DNA of 64,000 nucleotides, taken from positions 1 to 64,000 of the IMG/VR virus record IMGVR_UViG_3300043434_000734. One strand, written 5' to 3'. The translations under genes were made by a program, and so were the position numbers. The notes beneath the pieces were generated by a model. That model saw only the letters and a program-made list of their open reading frames with translations, was not told where the DNA came from and did not search any database. Of the stretch, positions 1 through 10,362 are shown piece after piece; position 1 is the stretch's first letter; every line of letters starts with the position of its first letter. The stretch is from a virus (lineage: Duplodnaviria; Caudoviricetes).

Positions 1-1279
1 AAGCAAAGTTACCTGAAGGTTGAATAGTGTTAAACTTAACGTTAAATGATGGTTCAGGTGTACTAGTTGGTGTTGGAGTTGGCGTAGCAGTTGGTGGTAC
101 TGGTGTACTAGTTGGTGTTGGAGTTGGTGTAGCAGTTGGTGTTGGAGTTGGCGTAGCAGTTGGTGGTACTGGTGTACTAGTTGGTGTTGGAGTTGGTGTA
201 GCAGTTGGTGGTACTGGTGTAGCAGTTGGTGTTGGAGTTGGTGTAGCAGTTGGTGGTACTGGTGTAGCAGTTGGTGTTGGAGTTGGTGTGGCAGTTGGTG
301 GTACTGGTGTAGCAGTTGGTGTTGGGGTCGGTGTATCTGTTGGTATTGGTGTAGCAGTTGGTGTTGGAGTCGGTGTATCTGTTGGTATTGGTGTAGCAGT
401 TGGTGTTGGAGTTGGTGTATCTGTTGGTATTGGTGTAGGTGTAGGTGTATCGGCAAATATTATATAACCCAAGTCACAAGATGGATTTGGATTTAATGTT
501 GCGGTTGGAGTAGGGGTTGGGGTATCTGTTGGTATTGGTGTAGGTGTAGGTGTATCGGCAAATATTATATAACCCAAGTCACAAGATGGATTTGGTATCG
601 GTGTGACTGTTGGAGTCGGTGTATCTGTTGGTACAGGTGTAGGTGTAGGTGTATTGGTTAAAACATTATAACCCAAGTCACAAGATGGATTTGGTATCGG
701 AGTACTTGTAGGTGTAGCAGTTGATGGTACCGGTGTACTAGTTGGTGTTGGTGTACTAGTTGGTGTTGGTGTTGGTGTATCTGTTGGTGTTGGTGTACTA
801 GTTGGTGTGTTAGATGGTGGTAAAACAACAATATTAAATGTTATCGGTTCTACAGTATTGAAACTACCTGTGGAGGATGTTACGATTGTGATTGATCCAG
901 CAATACTGACTCCTTCAACAAAATCGGAAACAAATTGACCTGAATTATATGTAAATGCGTTCTCATTACAATCTAAAACAATAAAATTGGAACCTTGGGT
1001 TAATGTTAATCTAGTGTGATTCCCAACTAATTGTTGTAAATATGTTGAGTAGTCGATTGATTCTGAATCTAACTCGTTAATGTATATTTGTGTTAAAGTT
1101 TCACCTGTTGTTTGACCAATTTCATTTGGATTTAATGACCCAACACTATTGTTGTGATTGGGAAACGTAATTGAACCCGGAATTTGTGCGGGTGAATATT
1201 GTTCGTAAAGATAATAACTACCTAATCCATTATGTACATTAGGGACTATTCTTAGTCCCCCTATAAATTGTATACCCAT
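1..1279 (-). CDS. Pro/Thr-linker putative virion appendage protein; 3' end runs off the window; absent from the ORF track
   Basis: ATG at 1279. Open frame [18 protein letters not shown]... through long (TPTP)n tracts and 3x NPSCDLGY to ...[18 protein letters not shown] at the window edge, with no stop. TATTTATA motif 7 nt upstream. Confidence 0.85.
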   Translation of the reverse strand, partial: MGIQFIGGLRIVPNVHNGLGSYYLYEQYSPAQIPGSITFPNHNNSVGSLNPNEIGQTTGETLTQIYINELDSESIDYSTYLQQLVGNHTRLTLTQGSNFIVLDCNENAFTYNSGQFVSDFVEGVSIAGSITIVTSSTGSFNTVEPITFNIVVLPPSNTPTSTPTPTDTPTPTPTSTPTPTSTPVPSTATPTSTPIPNPSCDLGYNVLTNTPTPTPVPTDTPTPTVTPIPNPSCDLGYIIFADTPTPTPIPTDTPTPTPTATLNPNPSCDLGYIIFADTPTPTPIPTDTPTPTPTATPIPTDTPTPTPTATPIPTDTPTPTPTATPVPPTATPTPTPTATPVPPTATPTPTPTATPVPPTATPTPTPTSTPVPPTATPTPTPTATPTPTPTSTPVPPTATPTPTPTSTPEPSFNVKFNTIQPSGNFA

Positions 1280-1286
1280 CGTACTC

Positions 1287-1294
1287 TATAAATA
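1287..1294 (-). promoter_or_regulatory. TATTTATA late-promoter-like motif (representative copy of a recurrent element)
   Basis: The same core TATTTAT lies 3-20 nt upstream of at least 13 minus-strand starts in the window (see findings). Confidence 0.6.
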
Positions 1295-1314
1295 GTTTGA
1301 TTTCTCAATAAGAA

Positions 1315-1346
1315 TAAAAAAGGAGGATTTTTTAGGTCCTCCTTTT
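1315..1346 (-). terminator. Intrinsic terminator after the 1689-aa fibre gene
   Basis: Stem AAAAGGAGGA/TCCTCCTTTT (1318-1327 / 1337-1346), followed by a U-tract on the minus strand. Confidence 0.8.
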
Positions 1347-1363
1347 ATCTTTTTATTTATCGT

Positions 1364-4300
1364 TTAGAATGTTCCACCATCGATGATGTTGGAGAAGACT
1401 AATTGACCATCACTTTGTCTGTAACCTAATACTGTTGAGACTACATCAGTGGTATCTGTGGTTGCAACTTCTCCAAATACGTTGTCGGCGTTTTTGAATG
1501 TTACATTAGACCTTGTACTACTTACCAAGTCACTTCCGTTTGTAGATACAGTTAACGTACCCGCAATCACAGTATTACCTGATTCCGATTCAACTGTGAA
1601 CTTATCTGTGTTGAATTGTAATGTCGTTCCACTATAAGTTAATAAACTATCACCAATCGTATTATCCGAAGATGCAATTGGGAAAGTACCCGAAGTTAAA
1701 CTTGTTTCACTTCCTAAAGTACCTGCAGTCGTTCCAATTACTTTACTTGAGTTATTAGAACCGTCAACCGCTAACCAATTATCATTTTGTGAATCCCATA
1801 ACATTGAACCCGATAATCCAATTGACCCTGAGTCATATCCTGTGATACCTGCGTATCTTTGGAATGGTGAGTAAGCATTTACTAAAATTATGTTATCACC
1901 AATTTCAACTGTACTTGCTTGAATAGTAACATTCGTTGCTGAACCTAAAACTTGTAAGTTACCTGACACATACAAATCACCACCCAACATTGTGTTTCCA
2001 CTGACAGTTAAGTCTGAACTAACTATAGTCGAACCCGATACGTTTAATGATGTTCCATCATATGTTAACCCACTTTCACCTTGAATTAATCCGTCGGTTC
2101 CGGTTGCTGTTAAAATATAACTTCCTGTGTTATAGTTAATGGTTGCCGCTCCCGATGTACCTGAAGTACCCGCAGTTCCTGAAGAACCAGAAGTACCACT
2201 TGAACCACTAGAACCTGAAGTACCACTTGAACCACTAGAACCTGAAGTACCACTTGAACCTGAAGTTCCACTAGAACCTGAAGTACCCGATGAACCTGAA
2301 CTACCAGAAGTACCTGATGAACCATCCGAACCGCTAGAACCTGAAGTTCCTGAAGTTCCTGAAGAACCCGAACTACCTGAAGTTCCTGAAGTTCCCGATG
2401 AACCTGAACTACCTGAAGTACCGCTCGTTCCACTTGAACCACTAGAACCTGATGTACCTGAACTACCTGAAGAACCTGATGAACCGTCAGAACCACTAGA
2501 ACCTGATGTACCTGAAGTACCCGCAGTTCCTGAAGAACCTGATGTGCCAGATGAACCATCCGAACCACTAGAACCTGAAGTTCCACTTGTTCCTGAAGTA
2601 CCAGCGGTTCCTGAAGAACCTGATGAACCTGAAGTACCACTTGAACCTGAAGTTCCACTAGAACCTGAAGTACCCGATGAACCTGAACTACCTGAAGTAC
2701 CCGATGAACCGTCAGAACCACTAGAACCTGATGTACCTGAAGTACCGGCAGTTCCTGAAGAACCTGAAGTACCACTTGAACCACTAGAACCTGAAGTTCC
2801 ACTAGAACCTGAAGTACCACTTGTACCACTAGAACCAGAAGTTCCTGAAGTTCCTGAAGTACCTGAAGTAGCAGCATTATATGATGTACCATTGATAATC
2901 AAGTCTCCGCCGACAATTTCTAATACAGAACCTGTAATAAATAATGAACCAGTGAATTGATGTGTATCATCTTGTGTATCACCAAATTTAGTTGAACCTG
3001 ATTCGTATAGAACTGAAGACGAAACTAATGTTACGTTGTATTCTTTAGCTGTGATGACACCGTCAACGTAAAGGTCTCTATTAACATATAAACCTGAATC
3101 ACTAATCGATGCACTTGCATTTCCACTTACTATTTTATTTAGTTCTAATCCCGTAACTCCACTTGCTGGAATATTGTAAAGACCTGCACCATCACCAACA
3201 AATGAAGATGAGATTACTGATGCGGTCATTGGGCCATTGAAGTTAACATTATATGTTGTTTCCCAAACTGACCCTGTTAAAGCGAATAAACTATCTCCCG
3301 AAGTTCCAGATGTACCACTTGTTCCTGACGTACCTGCAGTTCCTGAAGAACCTGATGAACCTGAACTACCTGAAGTACCTGATGAACCGTCAGAACCACT
3401 AGACCCTGAAGTTCCTGAAGTACCTGAAGTACCTGCAGTTCCTGATGAACCTGAACTACCTGAAGTACCGCTCGAACCTGAAGTTCCACTAGAACCTGAA
3501 GTACCTGCTGTTCCTGAAGAACCTGATGTGCCAGATGAACCATCCGAACCACTAGACCCTGAAGTTCCTGAAGTACCTGCTGTTCCTGAACTACCTGAAG
3601 TTCCTGAAGAACCATCCGAACCACTAGACCCTGAAGTTCCTGAAGTACCTGAAGTACCTGATGAACCACTTGAACCTGATGTTCCTGATGAACCTGAACT
3701 ACCTGAACTACCTGAGGTGCCAGCAGTTCCTGATGAACCTGAAGTTCCTGATGAACCGTTACCACCGACAGTCGCAATAACCGTACCCGATTGTGCCGAG
3801 TTAAAGTAAACTTTTAAATTATTACTATCTTCAACAACAATATTCGAAGGAATAATTACATATCCGTTATCATCAAAAACGTTAATTGCTGGATATTTGT
3901 AACCTAAATTGTGTACAAATGACCAAGTTGTTGATGCTGACGTCACATTTAACGTTTTAGTTTGACCTGAAACTATAACAGCATTTTCCGCATACACCGC
4001 ATACGACGCAGAAACCGCATTTGATGAGGTACCTGAGAAAGTAGAGGAGATTGATGAAGTATATTCGTTAAAGTCGAGTGTGTTTAATTTACCCGTTCCA
4101 ACAACTTCACCATTTAGGTATAATGAACCCGATATATCAACTGAACCAGTAAACGAATGAACGTCATCTAAAGTATCACCAAAATTAGTTGATCCTGATT
4201 GGTAAAGTACTGAAGAAGTAACATAATCGATATGTAATTCCTTTGCCGTCAATATACCATCAATGTATGTGTCACCATTTACTCTGAATGTTCCGTCAGA

Positions 4301-6433
4301 TTGGATAGAAGCACTTACCGAACCACTTACTATTTTATTTAGTTCTAATCCCGTAACTCCACTTGCTGGAATATTGTAAAGACCTGCACCATCACCAACA
4401 AATGAACCCGAAATATTACCCGAACTAACATTAAACGCTCCTGTCACTGAAGTTTCACCTTCAACGTGAATACCATTTTCATCTAACCAAAAATAATGTG
4501 CAGTAACTCCGTCATTATATTGTAATTGAGCGTAATCTCTTGAAGATAAAACTAATGCTCCACTACCTTCTCCTTCAATGTTATTTGTGAATATGTTATT
4601 AGTTACAACTAAATCACCTGTTACTGTTAATGTATTACCGTCAAATGTTAAATTAGCCTCACCTTCAACTAAACCGTCAGTTCCTGTTGCTGTTAATAAA
4701 TAATTATCTACGTTATTATTGATGGTTGCGGCACCTGATGTACCTGAAGTACCTGCCGTTCCTGAAGAACCTGAAGTTCCTGATGAACCGCTAGAACCTG
4801 AAGTTCCTGAAGAACCGTCCGAACCGCTAGAACCTGAAGTTCCTGAAGTACCTGATGTTCCTGATGAACCTGATGTGCCAGATGAACCATCCGAACCACT
4901 AGAACCTGATGTTCCTGAAGTACCTGATGTTCCTGATGAACCTGACGACCCGTCACTACCACTAGAACCTGATGTGCCCGAAGAACCCGATGTACCTGAA
5001 GTACCAGCAGTTCCTGAACTACCTGAAGTACCACTTGTCCCTGCCGTTCCTGAAGAACCTGATGTTCCTGATGAACCGTCAGAACCACTAGAACCTGAAG
5101 TTCCACTTGTTCCTGACGTTGCTGCGTTATATGATGTACCATTAATGATTAAATCACCACCAACAATTTCCAACGCTGATCCTGTGATATAAACCGATCC
5201 TGTGAATTGATGAGTGTCATCTTGCGTATCACCAAATTTAGTTGAACCTGATTGGTAAAGTACTGATGATGAAACTAATAGAATATTTAATTCTCTTGCG
5301 GATAATGTACCCTGAATTGTAACGTCACTCGTGATGTTAACCACTGAACCGTCATCTGTAATATTTGAATCTACTAAGGTTGGGTCCCCTTCACCTGTTA
5401 GGAATTTTCCAATTGTGTTATTTGTACCCGATACTGTTACCGATGTACCACTTGTACCACTAGTTCCTGAACTACCTGATGTTCCTGCTGTTCCTGATGT
5501 ACCACTAGAACCTGAAGTACCTGAAGTTCCACTAGAACCTGAAGTACCTGAAGTTCCGTCAGAACCACTAGAACCTGATGTTCCACTAGAACCTGAAGTA
5601 CCTGAAGTTCCACTAGAACCCGACGAACCTGAAGTACCTGATGAACCATCCGAACCACTAGAACCTGAAGTTCCCGAAGTACCCGCAGTTCCTGAAGAAC
5701 CTGAAGTACCTGAAGAACCATCACTACCAGATGAACCCGACGTTCCACTAGTCCCTGCAGTTCCTGATGAACCTGAAGTACCTGATGAACCATCTGAACC
5801 ACTAGAACCTGAAGTTCCAGCCGTTCCTGATGAACCACTAGAACCTGAAGTACCTGATGTTCCCGATGAACCACTAGAACCTGAAGTACCCGCAGTTCCT
5901 GAAGAACCTGAACTACCTGAAGTACCTGAAGTTCCCGAAGTACCACTTGTTCCTGAGGTATTTGCGGTATATTCAAAACCGTTTAACCAAAAACTACCAG
6001 TTATGTTCATAGAACCACTGATATTAACTTGGTCGCTAAACGTTGCAGTCGTACCACTTAAATTTGTAATTGTTACACCACTGATAGTATGCCCTTCAAT
6101 GTTACCAACTAAATTTAAATCACTGTTACCAACGTTATCGTTGTTTAATATGTATAATTTATTTTCAGAACTAGCATAGAATGGAGTACCATCTAAACCT
6201 GAACCATAAGTTCCCGCCGATATTGTCGGCGCATTTGCTCCTTGATAAATTTTTGATACGGCGTTGAATGCTCCCGCAACTCCTTCGTCACTTAATACCG
6301 GTGAACCGATAAAGATGAAAGGACCTTGTAAGTTACCAATCGAACCGGTGGCTATGATTAATTCACCGTTTCTCGCCGTTGTGTTTTTGAGGGTTGCCAG
6401 CGAACCCCTTCTGTGTTTAATGATTTGTGCCAT
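1364..6433 (-). CDS. Collagen-like (Gly-X-Y) tail/whisker fibre protein, 1689 aa
   Basis: Several long uninterrupted GTS/GSS/GTA/GSD triplet tracts. Three copies of the YQSGSTKFGDT.DD.H.FTGS module. N-terminal IIKHRRG...GEL resembles fibre N-termini of the Mtd_N type. C-terminal IDGGTF. Confidence 0.75.
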   Translation of the reverse strand: MAQIIKHRRGSLATLKNTTARNGELIIATGSIGNLQGPFIFIGSPVLSDEGVAGAFNAVSKIYQGANAPTISAGTYGSGLDGTPFYASSENKLYILNNDNVGNSDLNLVGNIEGHTISGVTITNLSGTTATFSDQVNISGSMNITGSFWLNGFEYTANTSGTSGTSGTSGTSGSSGSSGTAGTSGSSGSSGTSGTSGSSGSSGTAGTSGSSGSDGSSGTSGSSGTAGTSGTSGSSGSDGSSGTSGSSGTAGTSGTSGSSGSDGSSGTSGSSGSSGTSGTSGSSGTSGSSGSDGTSGTSGSSGTSGTSGSSGTSGTAGTSGSSGTSGTSGTSVTVSGTNNTIGKFLTGEGDPTLVDSNITDDGSVVNITSDVTIQGTLSARELNILLVSSSVLYQSGSTKFGDTQDDTHQFTGSVYITGSALEIVGGDLIINGTSYNAATSGTSGTSGSSGSDGSSGTSGSSGTAGTSGTSGSSGTAGTSGTSGSSGTSGSSGSDGSSGSSGTSGTSGTSGSSGSDGSSGTSGSSGTSGTSGTSGSSGSDGSSGTSGSSGSSGTSGSSGTAGTSGTSGAATINNNVDNYLLTATGTDGLVEGEANLTFDGNTLTVTGDLVVTNNIFTNNIEGEGSGALVLSSRDYAQLQYNDGVTAHYFWLDENGIHVEGETSVTGAFNVSSGNISGSFVGDGAGLYNIPASGVTGLELNKIVSGSVSASIQSDGTFRVNGDTYIDGILTAKELHIDYVTSSVLYQSGSTNFGDTLDDVHSFTGSVDISGSLYLNGEVVGTGKLNTLDFNEYTSSISSTFSGTSSNAVSASYAVYAENAVIVSGQTKTLNVTSASTTWSFVHNLGYKYPAINVFDDNGYVIIPSNIVVEDSNNLKVYFNSAQSGTVIATVGGNGSSGTSGSSGTAGTSGSSGSSGSSGTSGSSGSSGTSGTSGTSGSSGSDGSSGTSGSSGTAGTSGTSGSSGSDGSSGTSGSSGTAGTSGSSGTSGSSGTSGSSGSSGTAGTSGTSGTSGSSGSDGSSGTSGSSGSSGSSGTAGTSGTSGTSGTSGDSLFALTGSVWETTYNVNFNGPMTASVISSSFVGDGAGLYNIPASGVTGLELNKIVSGNASASISDSGLYVNRDLYVDGVITAKEYNVTLVSSSVLYESGSTKFGDTQDDTHQFTGSLFITGSVLEIVGGDLIINGTSYNAATSGTSGTSGTSGSSGTSGTSGSSGTSGSSGSSGTSGSSGTAGTSGTSGSSGSDGSSGTSGSSGSSGTSGSSGTSGSSGTSGSSGSSGTAGTSGTSGTSGSSGSDGSSGTSGSSGTAGTSGTSGSSGSDGSSGSSGSSGTSGSSGSSGTSGTSGSSGSSGTSGTSGSSGSSGTSGTSGSSGSDGSSGTSGSSGSSGTSGSSGTSGSSGTSGSSGSSGTSGSSGSSGTSGSSGTAGTSGTSGAATINYNTGSYILTATGTDGLIQGESGLTYDGTSLNVSGSTIVSSDLTVSGNTMLGGDLYVSGNLQVLGSATNVTIQASTVEIGDNIILVNAYSPFQRYAGITGYDSGSIGLSGSMLWDSQNDNWLAVDGSNNSSKVIGTTAGTLGSETSLTSGTFPIASSDNTIGDSLLTYSGTTLQFNTDKFTVESESGNTVIAGTLTVSTNGSDLVSSTRSNVTFKNADNVFGEVATTDTTDVVSTVLGYRQSDGQLVFSNIIDGGTF
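3123..4406. repeat. 84-bp perfect direct repeat (3123-3206 = 4323-4406)
   Basis: Base-by-base identity read from the sequence; encodes SFVGDGAGLYNIPASGVTGLELNKIVSG. Confidence 0.9.
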
Positions 6434-6504
6434 CTACGTGTGTTTGTTTAGTTTATAAATACTTTATTTTTAATCATCCTCGAGTTATTTCTATTTTTTT
6501 TTTA

Positions 6505-9500
6505 TTAAAATCCTCCTAAATCCATAACAATGTTATTTTGATCCTGTAATAAAACCGTCTGACTACCCATTGATATGGATGCTGACACAATTTGTGATTG
6601 AATTTGAGCATAAACCATAGCTAAAGCTCCCGATATAATCAACGAATCTCTTAGTGGATCTGTAGTTCTTAATATTGTTGTACCATTAACAATTAAATCT
6701 CCATCAATCGTAACCGAACCAGTCGTATATAACGAACCTGTAATTTGGTGAGTATCATCTAAAGTATCGCCGAATTTAGTTGAACCTGATTGATATAAAA
6801 TAGAAGATGTTACATAATCAATATGTAATTCCTTTGCGGTTAATATACCATCAATGTTGACATTAGTATTGATATCAAGTGTTCCGTTTTCTAACGATGC
6901 ACTTACGTCATTACTAACAATTCTATCTAATTGTAGTCCGGTAATACCAGTGTATGGAATGTTATATAAACCAGCACCATCACCAACAAATGACCCACTG
7001 ATTGTTCCGTTATTAACAGTTAAATTACCCGTATTAATTGTTAAATCGGTATTCGTTAAATCGGCTTGTCCATTGAGTATATATAAATTGGAACCACTTG
7101 TTAAATAAAGTGATGAACTATCGGTTACAATTACATTCGAATCGATAATACCTAATTGAGATGTAATATCTAATGAACCGGTAATTTGAACATTGTTCGT
7201 TGTGTTCCAATGTGATCCTGTTAATGCAAATAAACTATCCCCTGAAGTACCACTAGTTCCGGATGTTCCACTTGTCCCTGAAGAACCTGATGAACCATTT
7301 GTACCGTCTACACCTGAAATACCTGAAGAACCCGACGTTCCACTAGAACCACTTGTTCCTGACGTTCCACTAACACCATCAACACCACTAGTACCTGAAG
7401 AACCGCTAGTTCCGGACGTACCTGAAGTTCCACTAACCTGTGATATAGTAAGAAATACTTCGTGATCATTACTAAAGTTAGTCGTACCCGTACCACCCGA
7501 TTCAACAAGTGTAACGGGGATTGTCCAATAATTTGGTACATCAATAATCTGTGTTAGTGTACCATTAACTTGCCATATTTGATAATTATTAGACTCGTTT
7601 CTATCTTGGATTGTTATAAACTGATTTTCAGATATTAATTTTAAAAATATATCAATATCTGTTTGATCATCTGTAATGTGACTAACATTAATTTGATTGG
7701 AATTGATTTGTGTGGAATCTGTATAATTTAAATGGAATCCACCAGGGTTACCACCAAATGTTGTCGTTTTTACTTTATAAAAGAAGTAACTTGTTGATGC
7801 ACCGCTCGATCCTGACGAGCCTGATGTTCCTGATGTACCTGCACCTCCGACAGAAGCAACAACGTGGCCCGTTTCGGGTGTGTTAAAATAAACTTCAATC
7901 GTATCTTGATTGATACTTCTAATACTTTCGGGTACAACGATGTAACCGTTACTGTCAAATACATTTATTACCGGATATCTTTCGTGTAAATTATGTGTAA
8001 ATGACCAAGTATTTGATGGTGAGGAAACGTGTAGCTGTTTATTTGCTCCTGATACTATTACAGCATTCTCAGCCCATATAGCATATGACGACGTACCCGC
8101 AAATTGTGATGTTGAGCTTGATACATAATTATTAAACCAAGATTCATCCAATTTCCCAACACCTACGGGTTGTCCATTTAAATATAATGAACCCGTGATA
8201 TCAACTGACCCCGTAATTTGGTGAGTATCGTCTAAAGTATCACCGAATTTAGTACTACCGCTTTGATAAAGGACTGAAGATGTTACATAATCAATATGTA
8301 ATTCCTTTGCAGTTAATATACCATCGATATAAACATCCCTATTAACATAAAGTCCTGTTTCTTCTATTGATGCACTCGCATTTCCGCTAACTATTTTATT
8401 TAATTCTAATCCCGTAACCCCACTTGCTGGAATATTAATTAAATTAGAACCGTCACCATAAATGTAGGCCCCACTAATAATTCCTCCGTCGACATATATA
8501 TTACTTCCACTTGTTAAATAAAGTGAAGAACTATCTGTCATTATTATATTTGAATCTGTTACCCCTAACTGTGAGGTTATCGATAATGATCCCGTAATTT
8601 CAATGTCGTTTGTTGTTGCCCAAACAGAACCTGTAAGTGCAAATAAACTATCTCCCGATGTTCCACTAGAACCACTTGTTCCTGACGTACCACTCGTTCC
8701 ACTAACACCATCAACACCACTAGTACCTGAAGAACCACTTGTCCCATCCGAACCCGAAGTACCTGAAGTACCACTAGTACCTGAAACTCCGTCAACTCCA
8801 GATGTACCTGAAGTACCACTTGAACCTGAAGACCCATCTGAACCTGAAGTACCACTAGATCCTGACGTTCCATCAATACCACTAGTACCTGAAGTACCAG
8901 AAGAACCATTTGTTCCATCCACACCTGAGATACCCGAAGAACCAGATGTACCACTTGTTCCTGATGTTCCACTAACACCATCAACACCACTGGTACCTGA
9001 TGAACCACTAGTTCCATCTGAACCTGAAGTACCACTAGTACCCGAAACTCCGTCAACTCCCGATGTTCCACTAGAACCACTTGTTCCTGATGTACCCGAT
9101 GTCATTGCCGAGAATGGGACACCATTAATTAATAAATCACCTTCGTTAATATTAATGGAACCACTTATAAACAATGAACCAGTAAATTCGTGAATGTCAT
9201 CTGTCGTATCCCCAAATTTAGTCGAACCTGATTGATATAAAATAGAAGATGTTACATAATCAATATGTAATTCCTTTGCGGTAATTATTCCGTCAACATA
9301 CAATGCTCCGGTAATTGACGTGGGTACATTTATTTGTAATCCATCAGGTGTAATAGATGCAGTAGCGTCTCCATTTGTAATTTGATTAAGTTGTAATCCT
9401 GTAACACCACTTGCCGGAATATTAATTAAATTAGAACCATCACCGTAGATATATGCACCACTAATAATTCCTCCGTCGACATAGATATTCGACCCACTCG

Positions 9501-10347
9501 TCATATATAATGATGAACTATCAGTCATCACTATATTAGCATCAACCACTCCTAATTGTGATGTGATACTTAAACTACCCGTAATTTCAATGTCGTTTGT
9601 TGTTGCCCAAACAGAACCTGTAAGTGCAAATAAACTATCTCCCGATGTTCCACTAGAACCACTTGTTCCCGAAGAACCCGATGTACCATCTACACCCGAT
9701 ATTCCAGAAGACCCACTTGTTCCTGATGTGCCGTCAACACCACTCGTACCCGAAGAACCCGATGTACCACTCGTACCACTAACACCATCAACACCTGAAG
9801 TGCCTGACGTACCGGCGGTACCCGCAGAACCCGATCCACCATTTGCGGCCAAATATGATGTGGCAACACCGTGTAAATCATCAATCCAATAACTATCAAT
9901 AGGAAACGCCGAGGTGAAATTAGATAAATTTGCAATTTGTGGTACTCCATTAACTAACGGAAATAAAATACCATAATTACCCTCAGTCGGGCCATTATTT
10001 GGTGGGTCGTTGTTTGAATCGGTCGTTAAAACTCGTAAATCGGTGTCAGTAATTTGTAAAACAATTTCATTATCTCCATTTGTTGATACCACATTTGTGA
10101 TGTCATACCATTTACCATTTGGTAAGAGAAATTGCCAACCTACTTGGACATCATTAACATTGTATAAATTAGGATTGTTGTAGTATCCTGGATAACCGGC
10201 ACTATATGATGGAACTTCAAATGTTGCGGTATACGATAATGGAGCCCCATCATACGGACTAGTGTTATCACTATAGAATCCCGAAACAAATGTTGTTCCA
10301 AATTTTATTTTACCAACCAATATTTTCTCAGGTACGTGTATTCCCAT
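6505..10347 (-). CDS. Collagen-like fibre protein, 1280 aa, paralog of the 1689-aa protein
   Basis: Gly-X-Y tracts (GTS/GSS/GVD), three STKFGD modules, an HNL..YP.INVFD..G beta-domain shared with 1364-6433, and C-terminal DLGGF. Confidence 0.75.
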   Translation of the reverse strand: MGIHVPEKILVGKIKFGTTFVSGFYSDNTSPYDGAPLSYTATFEVPSYSAGYPGYYNNPNLYNVNDVQVGWQFLLPNGKWYDITNVVSTNGDNEIVLQITDTDLRVLTTDSNNDPPNNGPTEGNYGILFPLVNGVPQIANLSNFTSAFPIDSYWIDDLHGVATSYLAANGGSGSAGTAGTSGTSGVDGVSGTSGTSGSSGTSGVDGTSGTSGSSGISGVDGTSGSSGTSGSSGTSGDSLFALTGSVWATTNDIEITGSLSITSQLGVVDANIVMTDSSSLYMTSGSNIYVDGGIISGAYIYGDGSNLINIPASGVTGLQLNQITNGDATASITPDGLQINVPTSITGALYVDGIITAKELHIDYVTSSILYQSGSTKFGDTTDDIHEFTGSLFISGSININEGDLLINGVPFSAMTSGTSGTSGSSGTSGVDGVSGTSGTSGSDGTSGSSGTSGVDGVSGTSGTSGTSGSSGISGVDGTNGSSGTSGTSGIDGTSGSSGTSGSDGSSGSSGTSGTSGVDGVSGTSGTSGTSGSDGTSGSSGTSGVDGVSGTSGTSGTSGSSGTSGDSLFALTGSVWATTNDIEITGSLSITSQLGVTDSNIIMTDSSSLYLTSGSNIYVDGGIISGAYIYGDGSNLINIPASGVTGLELNKIVSGNASASIEETGLYVNRDVYIDGILTAKELHIDYVTSSVLYQSGSTKFGDTLDDTHQITGSVDITGSLYLNGQPVGVGKLDESWFNNYVSSSTSQFAGTSSYAIWAENAVIVSGANKQLHVSSPSNTWSFTHNLHERYPVINVFDSNGYIVVPESIRSINQDTIEVYFNTPETGHVVASVGGAGTSGTSGSSGSSGASTSYFFYKVKTTTFGGNPGGFHLNYTDSTQINSNQINVSHITDDQTDIDIFLKLISENQFITIQDRNESNNYQIWQVNGTLTQIIDVPNYWTIPVTLVESGGTGTTNFSNDHEVFLTISQVSGTSGTSGTSGSSGTSGVDGVSGTSGTSGSSGTSGSSGISGVDGTNGSSGSSGTSGTSGTSGTSGDSLFALTGSHWNTTNNVQITGSLDITSQLGIIDSNVIVTDSSSLYLTSGSNLYILNGQADLTNTDLTINTGNLTVNNGTISGSFVGDGAGLYNIPYTGITGLQLDRIVSNDVSASLENGTLDINTNVNIDGILTAKELHIDYVTSSILYQSGSTKFGDTLDDTHQITGSLYTTGSVTIDGDLIVNGTTILRTTDPLRDSLIISGALAMVYAQIQSQIVSASISMGSQTVLLQDQNNIVMDLGGF
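8591..9669. repeat. 92-bp perfect direct repeat (8591-8682 = 9578-9669); a further 59-bp repeat at 6782-6840 = 9224-9282
   Basis: Base-by-base identity; encodes GDSLFALTGSVWATTNDIEITG and TAKELHIDYVTSSILYQSGS. Confidence 0.9.
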
Positions 10348-10362
10348 TTCTATAAATTACTT

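Noticed and set aside
6493-6507. Long poly-T/A run at the end of the 1280-aa gene as a slippage site
   Set aside because: It lies after the stop codon and no alternative frame links to the next gene.
1364-10347. Possible diversity-generating retroelement TR/VR pair or CRISPR-like array in the fibre repeats
   Set aside because: The repeats are in-frame coding modules, either identical or differing at synonymous positions without adenine bias. No reverse transcriptase and no regular repeat-spacer pattern in the window.
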